From: an uncultured Actinomycetes bacterium
GTDB lineage: Bacteria; Actinomycetota; UBA4738; HRBIN12
Assembly: GCA_963704885.1 (NCBI GenBank)
Contig: CAVPIB010000007.1
Location: forward strand, 192,001-256,000
Reading direction: 5' to 3'
Length of the DNA: 64,000 nt
Shown here: positions 17,271 through 27,393 of the stretch, one piece after another
How positions within the stretch are numbered: position 1 is the stretch's first letter
How the letters are laid out: each line of letters starts with the position of its first letter
Position numbers and translations under genes: made by a program
Notes under the pieces: generated by a model
What the model was told of the DNA's origin: nothing
What the model saw: the letters and a program-made list of their open reading frames with translations, nothing else
Databases searched by the model: none

Positions 17271-18116
17271 CTACGGGAGCCGTCGGCCGACCAGCGTGGC
17301 GCGCGCGTGCCTGGCCACGCGGTCGCTCACTGATCCCAGGAGCGTCCGACTCACCGGACCGAGACCTCTCGAGCCGACGACCACCAGGTCGGCCTCCCCG
17401 GACTCCGCCTCCTGGAGGAGAGAGGCTGCCGGCGTTCCGACGACCACCGTAGGCTCCGCCTGGAACCCGGTCGATGACAGACGCTCGGCGGCGTGCTCGG
17501 CGACGCCCCACGTGAGCTCCTTCAGCTTGCGCAGGAGTTCCGGGTTGGGCGACAGGGTTCCCCCGAACGGGTTGAGGACCGAAGCCGGCGTCGGCACCTC
17601 CTCGACGCAGAGGATCTTGAGGACGGCGCGCGCGGGATCGGCGAACGCTACCAGCGTCTCCACGGCGAACTTCGCGTCGTCGGAGCCATCCACACCCACC
17701 AGGATCGGTGCGGGCACCCGGCTACCGGGTGGCTCGTGTGCCACCAGGACCGAGCTGGGCGCCGAATGGAGGACACGCATGCTGACGCTGCCGAGGAGTA
17801 GCCGACCGAGCCACCTCGTGCTCCCGGCGCCGACGGCTGTGAGGTCGTATCCGTCCTGCTCGACGATGCGCAGGATCTCCATCGCGGGGTGTCCTCGTTC
17901 GACCCGTGTCGCCACCTCGAACCCGGCATCAGCAAGGATCCTCGCGCCCAGTCCGGCGATCTCCTCCGTGGCGGAGCCGTCGGCTGCACCCGAACGGACG
18001 GGGGCGTCGATCGAGACGACCGTCACCTCGGTGCGCGTCGGATCGGCGATCTTCGCGATGATCTGACCGGCGGCATCGGCGGACGGTGACCCATCGGTGG
18101 CCCAGAGGATCCTCAT
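17271..18116 (-). CDS. Tandem-domain universal stress protein
   Basis: ATDGS / VGVDGS, LLGSVS twice, VVGSRG. Confidence 0.9.
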   Translation of the reverse strand: MRILWATDGSPSADAAGQIIAKIADPTRTEVTVVSIDAPVRSGAADGSATEEIAGLGARILADAGFEVATRVERGHPAMEILRIVEQDGYDLTAVGAGSTRWLGRLLLGSVSMRVLHSAPSSVLVAHEPPGSRVPAPILVGVDGSDDAKFAVETLVAFADPARAVLKILCVEEVPTPASVLNPFGGTLSPNPELLRKLKELTWGVAEHAAERLSSTGFQAEPTVVVGTPAASLLQEAESGEADLVVVGSRGLGPVSRTLLGSVSDRVARHARATLVGRRLP

Positions 18117-18318
18117 CACCTGCAGCTCCTTCCGTCTTGTCCATAGTGACACTACGTAACGGCATCCAAGCAGGCCCGTGACGTTCAGCTCGTTATGGGA
18201 AGGCCATCCGGTCCCGTCCTCGCTAGCGGCTCCTAGGCGCCTCTGGAACTACGCGGTTCCGAGGACCCTCTGGCCGATCTCCTGATCGAGCTGTCGGGTC
18301 CTCGGGCTGCGAAGCGCC

Positions 18319-18900
18319 TCAGACGAGACCAAGGAGACGCCAGACAGCGATGCCGATCGTCACGAGGATGAGGATCCCGATCGCGTCGAGGGGCGCGCCG
18401 ATACGGAAGATCTCGCGGACCGAGTACATCTTCGTCGAGTAGGCGAGCATCGTGGGCGGCGTCCCGATCACGAGGGCGAAGTCGATCGAGGAAGCGATCG
18501 CCACGACCACGACTAGGAGGACGGGATCCACGCCGATCACCGCCGCCAAGGGGATCGCCAGCGGGATCATCATCGCAGCCGAGGCCGTGTTCGACGCGAC
18601 GGCTGTTAGCAGCAGCGTCACCACAGCCATCACGGTCACGGCGAGCGGTGCAGGAACATCGGCGAGCCCACCGAGGCGCGTGGCCAGCCAATCGGCCGTT
18701 CCCGATCTGACCAGGAACACGCCGAGTGCGAGGCCGCCCCCGAAGATGATCAATACCGTCCAAGAGATCCGGCCGAGATCGGACGGGATCACCTTGCCGA
18801 GGACCGCCAGGACGACGACGCCGCCGATGGCGACGATCCCCGTATCGAGGCCGGTCGACACACACCCATAGGGCGGCGACGATCACGAGCTTCTGCGTCG
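18319..18900 (-). pseudogene. C-terminal fragment of a DASS/SLC13 transporter
   Basis: W..LIIFGGGLALG, SNTASAA, IGTPP motifs; only ~190 aa and no N-terminal half. Confidence 0.75.
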
Positions 18901-19057
18901 ACGTCACCGAGCAAGGTTGGTCGAGGGCATCCGCGGGCGCCTGCGGCCGTCCGCCCCGTCGCCGCAGAGGCGTGTGACCTCCCCACGGGCGCCGCTCTCG
19001 CCCGAGACTGTCGGGGCTTGGGTTAGGTTGGTTCGTCTCGATCGAGGGGTGGGGCGG

Positions 19058-20095
19058 TTGACGGAGGGCTTCGGGTTGTGGCACTGGATCGCGATCTTCC
19101 TCGTCTCGGCGGCAGCCCTCGTCTGGGCTGGCATCACGCTGGCGCGGGCCGGCGACGAGATCGCAACTCGGACCGGACTCGGCGGCCTTGTCGTCGGCAT
19201 GTTCCTCATGGCAGTAGCCACTTCCTTGCCGGAGATCGTGACCGACGTGAGCGCGGCTATCGCTCACGCGCCGGACCTCGCCGTCGGTGACCTCTTTGGG
19301 AGCAACATGGCGAACATGGCGATCTTGGCGGTCATCGACCTGATCGCGCAGCGGAAGGTCTGGCCTTCCGTGGAACTCGGGCACGCGCGTGTCGCTTCCG
19401 TCGCGATCGCCCTGACGACGCTCGCCGTCCTCGGGATCGTCACACCGGTAGGGGTCTCGATCGGCTGGGTGGGCCTCGACACGATCGGGATCGTCGCGGC
19501 CTACCTGCTCGCGGTGGCGTGGGTGCGGCGAACCCGGACCCACGCTCCAGCAAGCAGGATCGATCTGGGGGAGCTGCCGGTTGCCACAGGGTGGACCCGA
19601 TCGTCGCGCGCGCCCCGGCTGTTCCGAAGCGCCGCGGCGAGGTTCGGGCTGGCGGCCGCCGTCGTATTCGTGACCGGCCCGTTCGTGGCGATCGCGGGGA
19701 AGGGGATCGCCGATACCTCCGGTCTCGGTCAGACGTTCGTGGGGGTGGCGATGCTCGCGGTCGCGACGTCCCTCCCGGAACTCGTGGCCTCCGTGGCCGC
19801 GGTGCGGATCGGGGCGTTCGACTTGGCGGTCGGGAACTTGTTCGGGAGCAACGCGATCAACATGGCGATGCTCGTGGTCGTCGACGTGGCCTTCGCGCGC
19901 GGGCCCCTGTTGTCGGCCGTGACGGGTTCCGGCGTGGTCGTTGCGGGCGTCGGGGCCATCTTGCTCATGTCGATCGCCCTGGCGGCGGTCGTGCACGGTC
20001 AGGAGACCCGTATCAAGCGGCTCGAGCCCGATGCCGTCGTCCTGTTGCTTGCCTACATCGGCGCGCTGGCGGCGGTCGCAGCCGCCGCCATGTAG
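19058..20095 (+). CDS. Sodium:calcium antiporter (YrbG-like)
   Basis: Two ATSLPE alpha repeats, G.LFGSN twice; start approximate. Confidence 0.88.
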   Translation: MTEGFGLWHWIAIFLVSAAALVWAGITLARAGDEIATRTGLGGLVVGMFLMAVATSLPEIVTDVSAAIAHAPDLAVGDLFGSNMANMAILAVIDLIAQRKVWPSVELGHARVASVAIALTTLAVLGIVTPVGVSIGWVGLDTIGIVAAYLLAVAWVRRTRTHAPASRIDLGELPVATGWTRSSRAPRLFRSAAARFGLAAAVVFVTGPFVAIAGKGIADTSGLGQTFVGVAMLAVATSLPELVASVAAVRIGAFDLAVGNLFGSNAINMAMLVVVDVAFARGPLLSAVTGSGVVVAGVGAILLMSIALAAVVHGQETRIKRLEPDAVVLLLAYIGALAAVAAAAM

Positions 20096-20197
20096 CAGGG
20101 ACGAGCACCACCCGGCTCGGGGGGAGCGGGTCTTTCGGCCGGGCGAGACGCGGGATGACGGCGCCTAGGGTTGCTTCCAGGGCTGATGGGAGGTGCG

Positions 20198-21021
20198 GTG
20201 AAGATCTGTGTTCCCAGGGAGCGTGCTGCGGGTGAGCGGCGCGTTGCTCTGACGCCGCAGGGCGCCTCCGCCCTCGTCGTGCGCGGCTTCTCCGTGCTCG
20301 TCGAGCAGGGGCCGGGCTCGGAGCCGGCTTCACCGACGACGGATATGTGACGTCGGGCGCGTACGTCGTACCGGGTGCAGCGTCTGCATCTGCCGTCGAC
20401 ATCGTGCTGCGAGTGGGGCCCCCGCGACCCGAGGAGCTCGACCCGATCCCTCCGGGGACCGTCCTCGTCGGCTTCCTGGCTCTGTTCACCGACGGACCGC
20501 TTGTCCGACGCGTGGTCGAGCGGAGCTTGACCGCGCTCGCCCTCGAGGCGATGCCACGGAAGATGCTGGCCCAGAGTCTCGACGCCCTTTCCTCGCAGGC
20601 GAGCGCAGCGGGCAACGCGGCCGCCGTCTCGGCCGCGCGTGCATCTGGGCGGATCGTCCCGATGCTCACCACCGCTGCCGGCACGGTGCGGCCCGTGAAG
20701 GTGCTAGTTCGTCTCGGCCTACGACATCCGTCCGGAAACCAGGTTGAGATCGAGAGCCTCGGAGCCCGATTCGTCGAAGCGTCGGAGGCGGAGCGATCGG
20801 ACCTTCCCGACGGCGCCGAGGAGGTCACGGGCTGGATGGTTCGCAGTCGATCACCACGGCCCACTGCCAGAACTCGAACCCCTCCGTCAACGGGCGACCC
20901 CCGATCCGGTCGAGCCAACCTACCCGAGCCCTCACGGCGGTCTCCGCGCCGGGGTGTACCCCTTCCAGGGGCCACTCGCCTCATCCGTGGCGGGGCGGAC
21001 GGCCGAGGGCGCTGCGGTTAG
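20198..21021 (+). pseudogene. pntA: Degraded NAD(P) transhydrogenase subunit alpha
   Basis: KICVPRERAAGERRVALTP; AQSLDALSSQAS.AG..A; PMLTTAAGTVRP; IESLGARF; frameshifts and internal deletions; no pntB. Confidence 0.8.
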
Positions 21022-21040
21022 TTCCGTCTAACCTAGCTCT

Positions 21041-21655
21041 ATGACGACGACACAGACGCTCGGGATCATCGCCGCCCTGTGGGTGCTGATCGGTGTGACC
21101 GCCTCGATCGTGATGGGTCGGCGCGGACACAGCTCGTTCACCTGGCTGCTCCTCGGAGCGCTGCTCGGACCGCTGGTGATCCCCCTGGGACTGAGTGCCG
21201 TCAGGGCCGAGCGACGGGACCCCGGGACGCGGTCCAGGATCCTGCGCGAGGGCACGGCGCGTACCGGGACCGTGGATCTGCTCGTTGGGATCGACGGGTC
21301 GGTGCAGTCCGCCGCCGCGCTCCGTGCCGTGCTCAGCCTTTTCGCGGATCGCATCGGCCGCCTCACGCTTGCGAGCGTCATCGACTACGACAGCGCCATC
21401 TCGTCCCGGCCCTGGGATTCCGAGCGGCTGGCCGCGGAGCAACTCGGAAGTCTCGCGGCCACCGTGGAGGGCGCCCGGCCTACCACGATGGTGCTGGTGG
21501 GGCAGCCTTCTGCCGCGCTCGCGAAGCACGCGGCGGAGGACGGCTATGAACTGATCGTGGTCGGGCGTCGAGGCCACGGAGCGAGCAAGGCCCTGATCGG
21601 CAGCACGGCGATGCGTCTCGGGCACGGGGATGGTGCCCCGGTCCTCATCGTCTGA
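21041..21655 (+). CDS. Membrane-anchored universal stress protein
   Basis: Two TMs with MGRRGH, then VGIDGS...VGRRGHG..LIGS. Confidence 0.88.
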   Translation: MTTTQTLGIIAALWVLIGVTASIVMGRRGHSSFTWLLLGALLGPLVIPLGLSAVRAERRDPGTRSRILREGTARTGTVDLLVGIDGSVQSAAALRAVLSLFADRIGRLTLASVIDYDSAISSRPWDSERLAAEQLGSLAATVEGARPTTMVLVGQPSAALAKHAAEDGYELIVVGRRGHGASKALIGSTAMRLGHGDGAPVLIV

Positions 21656-21669
21656 TCGCAGAGAGGGGG

Positions 21670-22281
21670 ATGACCATGAACAGCACGCAGGTCGGGATCC
21701 TCATCGTGGCCGCATGGGTGTCGGTGGGCCTGGTCATCGGGCTCGTGATGGGCCGACGTGGACACAACACGCTCACATGGATGATCTTGGGTGTGGTGCT
21801 CGGTCCCTTGACCGTTCCCCTGACGTGGCGAGCGGTCCGCGACGAACGAACGTCGAGGTCCCACGAGCTGTCACAGGGCTCGCCCGGACCCGGAACCGCC
21901 GACGTGCTCGTCGGGATCGACGGCTCCGCTCAGTCCGAAGCCGCGCTCCGAACCGTCGTCGCACTCCTGGGCGGCCGGCTGGGCCGTCTCACATTGGCGG
22001 GCGTCGTCGACTTCGACAGCGTGGGATCAACGCCGCCGTGGGACAACGAGGCTCAGGTCCTTGAGGTCCTGGAGCGTCTACGAGGCTCCCTGCCGGACCT
22101 GAGCCCCGGGACCACGGTTCTCGGCGGGCATCCCGCGACCGCTCTCATGAAGGAAGCCGTGGAGGGTGGTTACGAGATGCTGGCTATCGGGCGACGGGGC
22201 CACGGAGCCGCGAAGGCCCTGATGGGGAGCACCGCGAACCGGCTCGCGCACGGCGCCAACATCCCCGTGCTCATCGTCTGA
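21670..22281 (+). CDS. Membrane-anchored universal stress protein (tandem paralog)
   Basis: Same architecture as the preceding gene. Confidence 0.88.
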   Translation: MTMNSTQVGILIVAAWVSVGLVIGLVMGRRGHNTLTWMILGVVLGPLTVPLTWRAVRDERTSRSHELSQGSPGPGTADVLVGIDGSAQSEAALRTVVALLGGRLGRLTLAGVVDFDSVGSTPPWDNEAQVLEVLERLRGSLPDLSPGTTVLGGHPATALMKEAVEGGYEMLAIGRRGHGAAKALMGSTANRLAHGANIPVLIV

Positions 22282-22297
22282 TCGGGGTGCCCTGCTT

Positions 22298-25174
22298 GTG
22301 AGCCTGGCCGGGTCGACGTCGTCGGCCAGCCTGGGGGACAGACGAGTGGCGACACGCGGTCAGGATCGAGGTGACTCCCGGCGACCGACATCCGGGCTCA
22401 CTCCGCATGTGTGCACGGTCGCCGAGATCGCGGCGGAGCTGGCCTGTGATCTGGATCGCGGCCTGACATCCGACGAGGCGCTGCGGAGGATCGCGCGTCA
22501 CGGGCCGAACGAACTCCCGGCCCCGGCCCCCCCTCTCCGCTGGCGCCGGTTCCTCGAGCAGTTCCGCGATCCACTGGTGTTGCTGCTGCTTGCGGCCACG
22601 GTCATCTCCTTCGCCGTCTGGCTCCTCGAGGGGGCCCACGGCATCCCGGTGGAGGCCCTCGTCATCGTGGGGATCGTGGTCTTCAACGCGACCCTGGGCT
22701 TCCTGCAGGAGGAACGCGCCGAACGAGCCGTCGCGGCCCTCCGGGTGATGACCGTCCCTACCGCGACCGTGATCCGTGATGGTGCGCGCTCACGTATCGC
22801 ATCTCGCGATGTGGTGCCCGGCGACCTGATGCTGATCGAGGAAGGGGATGCCGTCGCCGCCGACGGACGACTGTTCGAAATCACCTCGCTTCAACTCGCC
22901 GAAGCGGCTCTCACGGGCGAGAGCGAGGCGGTCGCGAAGAAGCTCGAGCCTGTCGACATCGATGCCGCTCTCGGCGACCGCACGAACATGGTGTTCACCG
23001 GGACGGTCGCGACGTTCGGGCGCGGTCGGGCGATCGTGACTGGGACCGGTGCGGACACGGAGATCGGGCGGATCGCCTCGATGCTCGTATCCACCCCCGA
23101 ACGACAGACGCCCCTGCAGCGCGAGATCGAACGGGTAGGACGCGCGCTCGGGATCGCGGTGCTCGTGGTCGCTGTGGTCGTCGTCGGCTCGAGCCTGCTC
23201 ACGAGTGAGATCCGAACGACGGCCGATGTCGTCGAGGTGCTCTTGTTGGGGGTCTCCCTCGCCGTGGCCGCCGTGCCCGAGGGCCTCGCGGCGGTCCTGA
23301 CCGTGGTGCTGGCTCTCGGAGTGGAGCGGATGGCGAAGCGGAACGCGATCGTGAAGAAACTGTCGGCGGTCGAGACGCTGGGGTCCGCGTCGGTGATCGG
23401 GTCGGACAAGACCGGCACGCTGACCAAGAACGAGATGGCGGTCCGAGCGGTGCTGAGCGCGAGCGGAAGATGCGAGCTATCGGGCGACGGTCGCGTGCGG
23501 CCGGATCCGGCTGTGTCGAACGAAGCTCCGTCGGACGACCGAACCCTGCGGGCTGAACTGGCGGCGCTTCTCGCCGCCGCTGCCACGGCGACGAACGCGG
23601 TCGTGGAGGAGGGCAAGGGCGGGCGGGTCATCCACGGCGACCCGACCGAGGCGGCGCTCATCGTCGCCGCCCGGAGCATCGATGCGCCGATCGAGGATCG
23701 TGCGGAACGGGTCGGCGAGGTGCCGTTCTCGTCGGAGCGCAAGCTGATGAGCGTCGTGCACGCCGACCCCCGGGACGCCGAGCACATGACGGTGTTCGTG
23801 AAGGGCGCGCCCGACGTCTTGTTGGAGCGGTGCACGCACGAGGTCGTCGGCTCGGCTGCCCGTCCGCTGACGGAGAGGCGCCGGTCGGAGATCGAGTCGA
23901 GCGTGGAGCAGATGGCGGCGACCGGTCTCCGAACGATCGGCGTGGCGCGGCGGTCCGTCATGAGGGACTCTTACACCGAGGCGACCGAAGACCTGGAGAG
24001 GGACCTCGCGTTCCTCGGCGTCGCCGGGATGAACGATCCGCCGCGGTCGGAGTCGCGCGAAGCGGCCGGGACGGCGCGTGCCGCCGGGATCAGGGTGATC
24101 ATGATCACCGGAGACCATCCCGCGACCGCTGCTGCGATCGCGTCCGAGATCGGCATCTCACAGGCCGGCGTCTCCGCGGCGGCGACGGGACAGGAGCTCG
24201 CGCGCCTGGACGACGACGGGTTCCTGGCGGTCGTGCGAAACACGGACGTCTTCGCCCGTGTTTCCCCCGAGCACAAGCTGCGGATCGTGGAGAGCCTTGA
24301 GCTCGACGGCCACGTGGTGGCGATGACCGGAGACGGGGTGAACGACGCGCCGGCGCTGAAGACGGCCGACATCGGCATCGCCATGGGGATCACAGGTACG
24401 GAGGTGGCGAAGCAGGCGGCGGACGTGATCCTGACGGATGACAACTTCGCCACCATCGTCGCCGCGGTCGAGGAGGGCCGCACGATCTACTCGAACATCA
24501 GGAAGTTCATCCGCTACCTGCTCTCGTCGAACGTAGGTGAGGTCTTCACGGTGTTCTTCGGAGTCGCCCTGGCGGACGTGATCGGTCTGACCGCCGTGGA
24601 CGGATCGTTCGTCGCGCCGCTCCTCGCTACTCAGATCCTTTGGATCAACCTGCTCACAGACGCGGCACCCGCGTTGGCGCTCGGGGTCGACCCGGCCAGC
24701 CCAGGGCTGATGGCGCGTCCTCCGAGGTCTTCCAAGGACCGGCTGATCGATGTCGAGATGTGGCTCGGGATCTTGGTCGTGGGCTCTGCGATGGCCATCG
24801 GGACGCTGCTCACGCTGGACCTGGCACTAGTGGGTGGCCTCATCGAAGGGGATCGCTCGCTCGACGAGGCTCGGACGATGGCGTTCACCGTTCTCGTCCT
24901 GGCGCAACTGTTCAACGTATTCAACTCGCGTTCGGACCGGTCGAGCGCCTTCCGCTCCGGCCCCGTGAACCGAAGCGTATGGGGCGCGGTCGGCATCTCG
25001 GTTGGCCTCCAGGTCCTGGTGGTCTACGTCCCCGGACTCGGTCGGGCGTTCGGCACCGTCGCGATCGGCGCGGCCGACTGGGGCATCTGCATCGCCATGG
25101 CGAGCCTCGTCCTGTGGGCCGATGAGGCGTGGAAGCTGGTGAAGCGCGGCAAGAGCTCGCCACAGGAGTCCTGA
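22298..25174 (+). CDS. P-type IIA cation (Ca2+-like) ATPase
   Basis: TGES, PEGL, DKTGTLT, KGAPD, TGDGVNDAPAL; start may be GTG 22346. Confidence 0.93.
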   Translation: MSLAGSTSSASLGDRRVATRGQDRGDSRRPTSGLTPHVCTVAEIAAELACDLDRGLTSDEALRRIARHGPNELPAPAPPLRWRRFLEQFRDPLVLLLLAATVISFAVWLLEGAHGIPVEALVIVGIVVFNATLGFLQEERAERAVAALRVMTVPTATVIRDGARSRIASRDVVPGDLMLIEEGDAVAADGRLFEITSLQLAEAALTGESEAVAKKLEPVDIDAALGDRTNMVFTGTVATFGRGRAIVTGTGADTEIGRIASMLVSTPERQTPLQREIERVGRALGIAVLVVAVVVVGSSLLTSEIRTTADVVEVLLLGVSLAVAAVPEGLAAVLTVVLALGVERMAKRNAIVKKLSAVETLGSASVIGSDKTGTLTKNEMAVRAVLSASGRCELSGDGRVRPDPAVSNEAPSDDRTLRAELAALLAAAATATNAVVEEGKGGRVIHGDPTEAALIVAARSIDAPIEDRAERVGEVPFSSERKLMSVVHADPRDAEHMTVFVKGAPDVLLERCTHEVVGSAARPLTERRRSEIESSVEQMAATGLRTIGVARRSVMRDSYTEATEDLERDLAFLGVAGMNDPPRSESREAAGTARAAGIRVIMITGDHPATAAAIASEIGISQAGVSAAATGQELARLDDDGFLAVVRNTDVFARVSPEHKLRIVESLELDGHVVAMTGDGVNDAPALKTADIGIAMGITGTEVAKQAADVILTDDNFATIVAAVEEGRTIYSNIRKFIRYLLSSNVGEVFTVFFGVALADVIGLTAVDGSFVAPLLATQILWINLLTDAAPALALGVDPASPGLMARPPRSSKDRLIDVEMWLGILVVGSAMAIGTLLTLDLALVGGLIEGDRSLDEARTMAFTVLVLAQLFNVFNSRSDRSSAFRSGPVNRSVWGAVGISVGLQVLVVYVPGLGRAFGTVAIGAADWGICIAMASLVLWADEAWKLVKRGKSSPQES

Positions 25175-25185
25175 GTTGGGTACCT

Positions 25186-25222
25186 GGGCCGAACTGCCCT
25201 CTGCGGCAGGGACGTTCGGCCC
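25186..25222. promoter_or_regulatory. Two DosR/DevR-like boxes (GGGCC-N4-TGCCC; GGGAC-N4-GGCCC)
   Basis: Resemble the GGGACnnnnGTCCC core; the region could alternatively fold as a hairpin. Confidence 0.45.
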
Positions 25223-25276
25223 GTCCAGATGTGTGCGAGTAGAGGGCTAGACTCCGTCCAGAAAGGGGGGATCGGG

Positions 25277-25846
25277 ATGTATGACCTCTCGAACCGCGAG
25301 TTCTGGACGGTGGTCCATGGGCTCGTTCTGGGAACGGTCTTCCTGCTCCTGTTCGGCGGGGGGCTCGCGGGATTATGGAGTCTTCGCCCCGGGTTCCTGA
25401 CGACCAAGGGCGTGCAAGAGCGCATGCGCCGTCTCTACGTGGGGATGTGGGCGATGGCGCTCACCGCCTGGGCGACGGTGATAACGGGCACGTGGATCGT
25501 CTATCCCTGGTACCGCGCTGCGTTGGCGGGCGACGACTACTCCGGCTGCGCCGGGGCGGTCGTGCCGACGTCGGGCTGCTCCCCACGTGACTTCTTGAAG
25601 TCCAACGTCTCGGGCAACACCGAGAGCTGGCATGGCTTCGGGATGGAGTGGAAGGAGCACATCACGTGGGCGGCGCCGATCCTGGCCACCGCGGCCGCGT
25701 TCATCGTTGCCTACTACGGGGCACGTCTGATCCAACGACCCTGGTTGCGGGTGGCAACCCTCGTGATGATCGTGGGGGCGTTCGGAGCGGCCGTCATCGG
25801 CGGCTTCTACGGGGCGTTCCTGAACAAGATCGCGCCGATCGTGTGA
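25277..25846 (+). CDS. Uncharacterised 4-TM membrane protein (HG..., YPWYRA, WH.FGMEWKEH)
   Basis: G-rich RBS-like tract; hydrophobic helices with His residues. Confidence 0.8.
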   Translation: MYDLSNREFWTVVHGLVLGTVFLLLFGGGLAGLWSLRPGFLTTKGVQERMRRLYVGMWAMALTAWATVITGTWIVYPWYRAALAGDDYSGCAGAVVPTSGCSPRDFLKSNVSGNTESWHGFGMEWKEHITWAAPILATAAAFIVAYYGARLIQRPWLRVATLVMIVGAFGAAVIGGFYGAFLNKIAPIV

Positions 25847-25857
25847 GGTGATATGAG

Positions 25858-26259
25858 ATGGCAACCAAGGAATGGAGCACGAAGGGCGATCCGATCGTGG
25901 ATGCGCCCGAATTGGAGCCCCTGAACCTGGAGGCTAAGCCCGACGGGCCGGGGGCGGCGGTGATGCTTTCGGCCGGCGTAGGGATCTTCATCCTGGGTCT
26001 CTTCACGGTCCTGTCTGAGGCCTCCGCCGGGATCCACGACTGGCTCGAGACGCTCGACTTCGACAAGGGTGTCGGGCCGCTGGCCGGCAAGACGATCCTG
26101 GCCTCGGTTGGCTTCTTCGCGAGCTGGCTGATCTTCGGGATCGCCCTCCGCGACAAGGAGGTCAACCTCCCGAAGTGGTTCTGGTGGAGCCTGGGCCTGG
26201 GCGTGCTGGGAGCGATCATGATGTTCCCGCCTGTCTTCACGGCCTTCGCGGCGGAGTAG
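25858..26259 (+). CDS. Uncharacterised 3-TM membrane protein (GPGAAVMLSAG, GPLAGKT)
   Basis: GAGGTG RBS; operonic spacing. Confidence 0.8.
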   Translation: MATKEWSTKGDPIVDAPELEPLNLEAKPDGPGAAVMLSAGVGIFILGLFTVLSEASAGIHDWLETLDFDKGVGPLAGKTILASVGFFASWLIFGIALRDKEVNLPKWFWWSLGLGVLGAIMMFPPVFTAFAAE

Positions 26260-26264
26260 GTGCG

Positions 26265-26510
26265 GTGAGGAGGATCATCGAGGCGACGACGGCCGATCGG
26301 GTGGCCGCCCGGGTCGTGGGCCTGGGAGTGGGCCTGATAGCCCTGATGGTGACCTGGCTCGTGGGCAACCGAGTGGCCGGGCTCATCTGGGCTGCGCCCG
26401 TCGGGCCCAAGGTTGCATTCGGGGCTGCGATCGCCGTCGGGGTCGTCGTGGCCGTCATCGCGGGGATCCGGTTGGATCGCTCTTTGAGGACCAACGCCTC
26501 CAAGGAGTAG
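26265..26510 (+). CDS. Small 2-TM membrane protein
   Basis: GTG 26265, 5 nt after the previous stop; followed by a strong hairpin. Confidence 0.65.
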   Translation: MRRIIEATTADRVAARVVGLGVGLIALMVTWLVGNRVAGLIWAAPVGPKVAFGAAIAVGVVVAVIAGIRLDRSLRTNASKE

Positions 26511-26534
26511 CAAGGGAGCAGCACCACCCTGGAA

Positions 26535-26567
26535 CGCAGGGTTCGGACCGCAGGTCCGAACCCTGCG
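26535..26567 (+). terminator. Perfect 15-bp stem-loop
   Basis: CGCAGGGTTCGGACC-gca-GGTCCGAACCCTGCG. Confidence 0.7.
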
Positions 26568-26583
26568 CTAGGCTCTGCGCCTA

Positions 26584-26720
26584 GACATCCACGACGCGTA
26601 CGACCTGGCAGACCGGATCAGCGTGATGCTCCAGGGGAAGCTGGGCGGCACGGTCAAGCAGGAAGACGTGACCGTGGACGAGGTCCTTGCCATGATCATC
26701 ATGGGGAAGGCCCGGCGAGC
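26584..26720 (+). pseudogene. C-terminal remnant of a sugar ABC transporter ATPase
   Basis: [42 protein letters not shown]; no upstream Walker motifs. Confidence 0.65.
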
Positions 26721-26879
26721 TGACTCCGACCGACATCGCCCAGCTCCACTGAAGCGCTCTCGCCGTGTTGGCCTGACGCCTCTGGATAGTTTCGGGTTTG
26801 GCAAGGATCGCGTTATCGGTCCGCAACCCGCCGCTCGTTAGCGTCATCGGCGTCCGGTATGTCGAGCTAAGGAGGATCC

Positions 26880-27239
26880 ATGCGGCGACGGGGGATCACT
26901 GTGATCGCGATGTCGGCGGTCTTGACGCTGTTCGGTGGGAGCGCCGCGCTGGCCGCGGTTCCCAGCACCATCTCGATCGGGTTCAACCAGGAAACCGAGC
27001 ACTTCCACGGCAAGGTGCGTTCCTCAGATGACGAATGCTCGGCAGGGCGGACCGTGAAGCTCTTCGAGAAGACGGCCGACGGGCGAACGCTCCAAGGCAA
27101 GGCCACCACCAACGCTAACGGCAAGTGGGACATCGAGCTCATGCAGGCTGAGGGCTTCTACTTCGCAGTGACGCCCAAGCAGAAGGCCATGCACGCCAAG
27201 TGCGGGCGAGCGGTCTCGCGCATGGTCGACGTGATGTAG
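26880..27239 (+). CDS. Secreted hypothetical protein
   Basis: AAGGAGG RBS, signal peptide ending ALA, two Cys. Confidence 0.8.
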   Translation: MRRRGITVIAMSAVLTLFGGSAALAAVPSTISIGFNQETEHFHGKVRSSDDECSAGRTVKLFEKTADGRTLQGKATTNANGKWDIELMQAEGFYFAVTPKQKAMHAKCGRAVSRMVDVM

Positions 27240-27256
27240 GGATCTGTCTCACGGAG

Positions 27257-27290
27257 ACGCCGGGCCGCCGCAGCGGGGCCCGGCGTTCTT
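27257..27290 (+). terminator. Intrinsic terminator
   Basis: ACGCCGGGCC...GGCCCGGCGT stem followed by TCTT. Confidence 0.65.
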
Positions 27291-27393
27291 CTGTCACGGG
27301 GTGACCGGTCGGACAGCGTCCGTGGAGAACAGCGCCATCGGAGCCCCCGCGTGGTCGAAGCGAGCGAGGAGACCGATCCGAACCAGGAGTACC

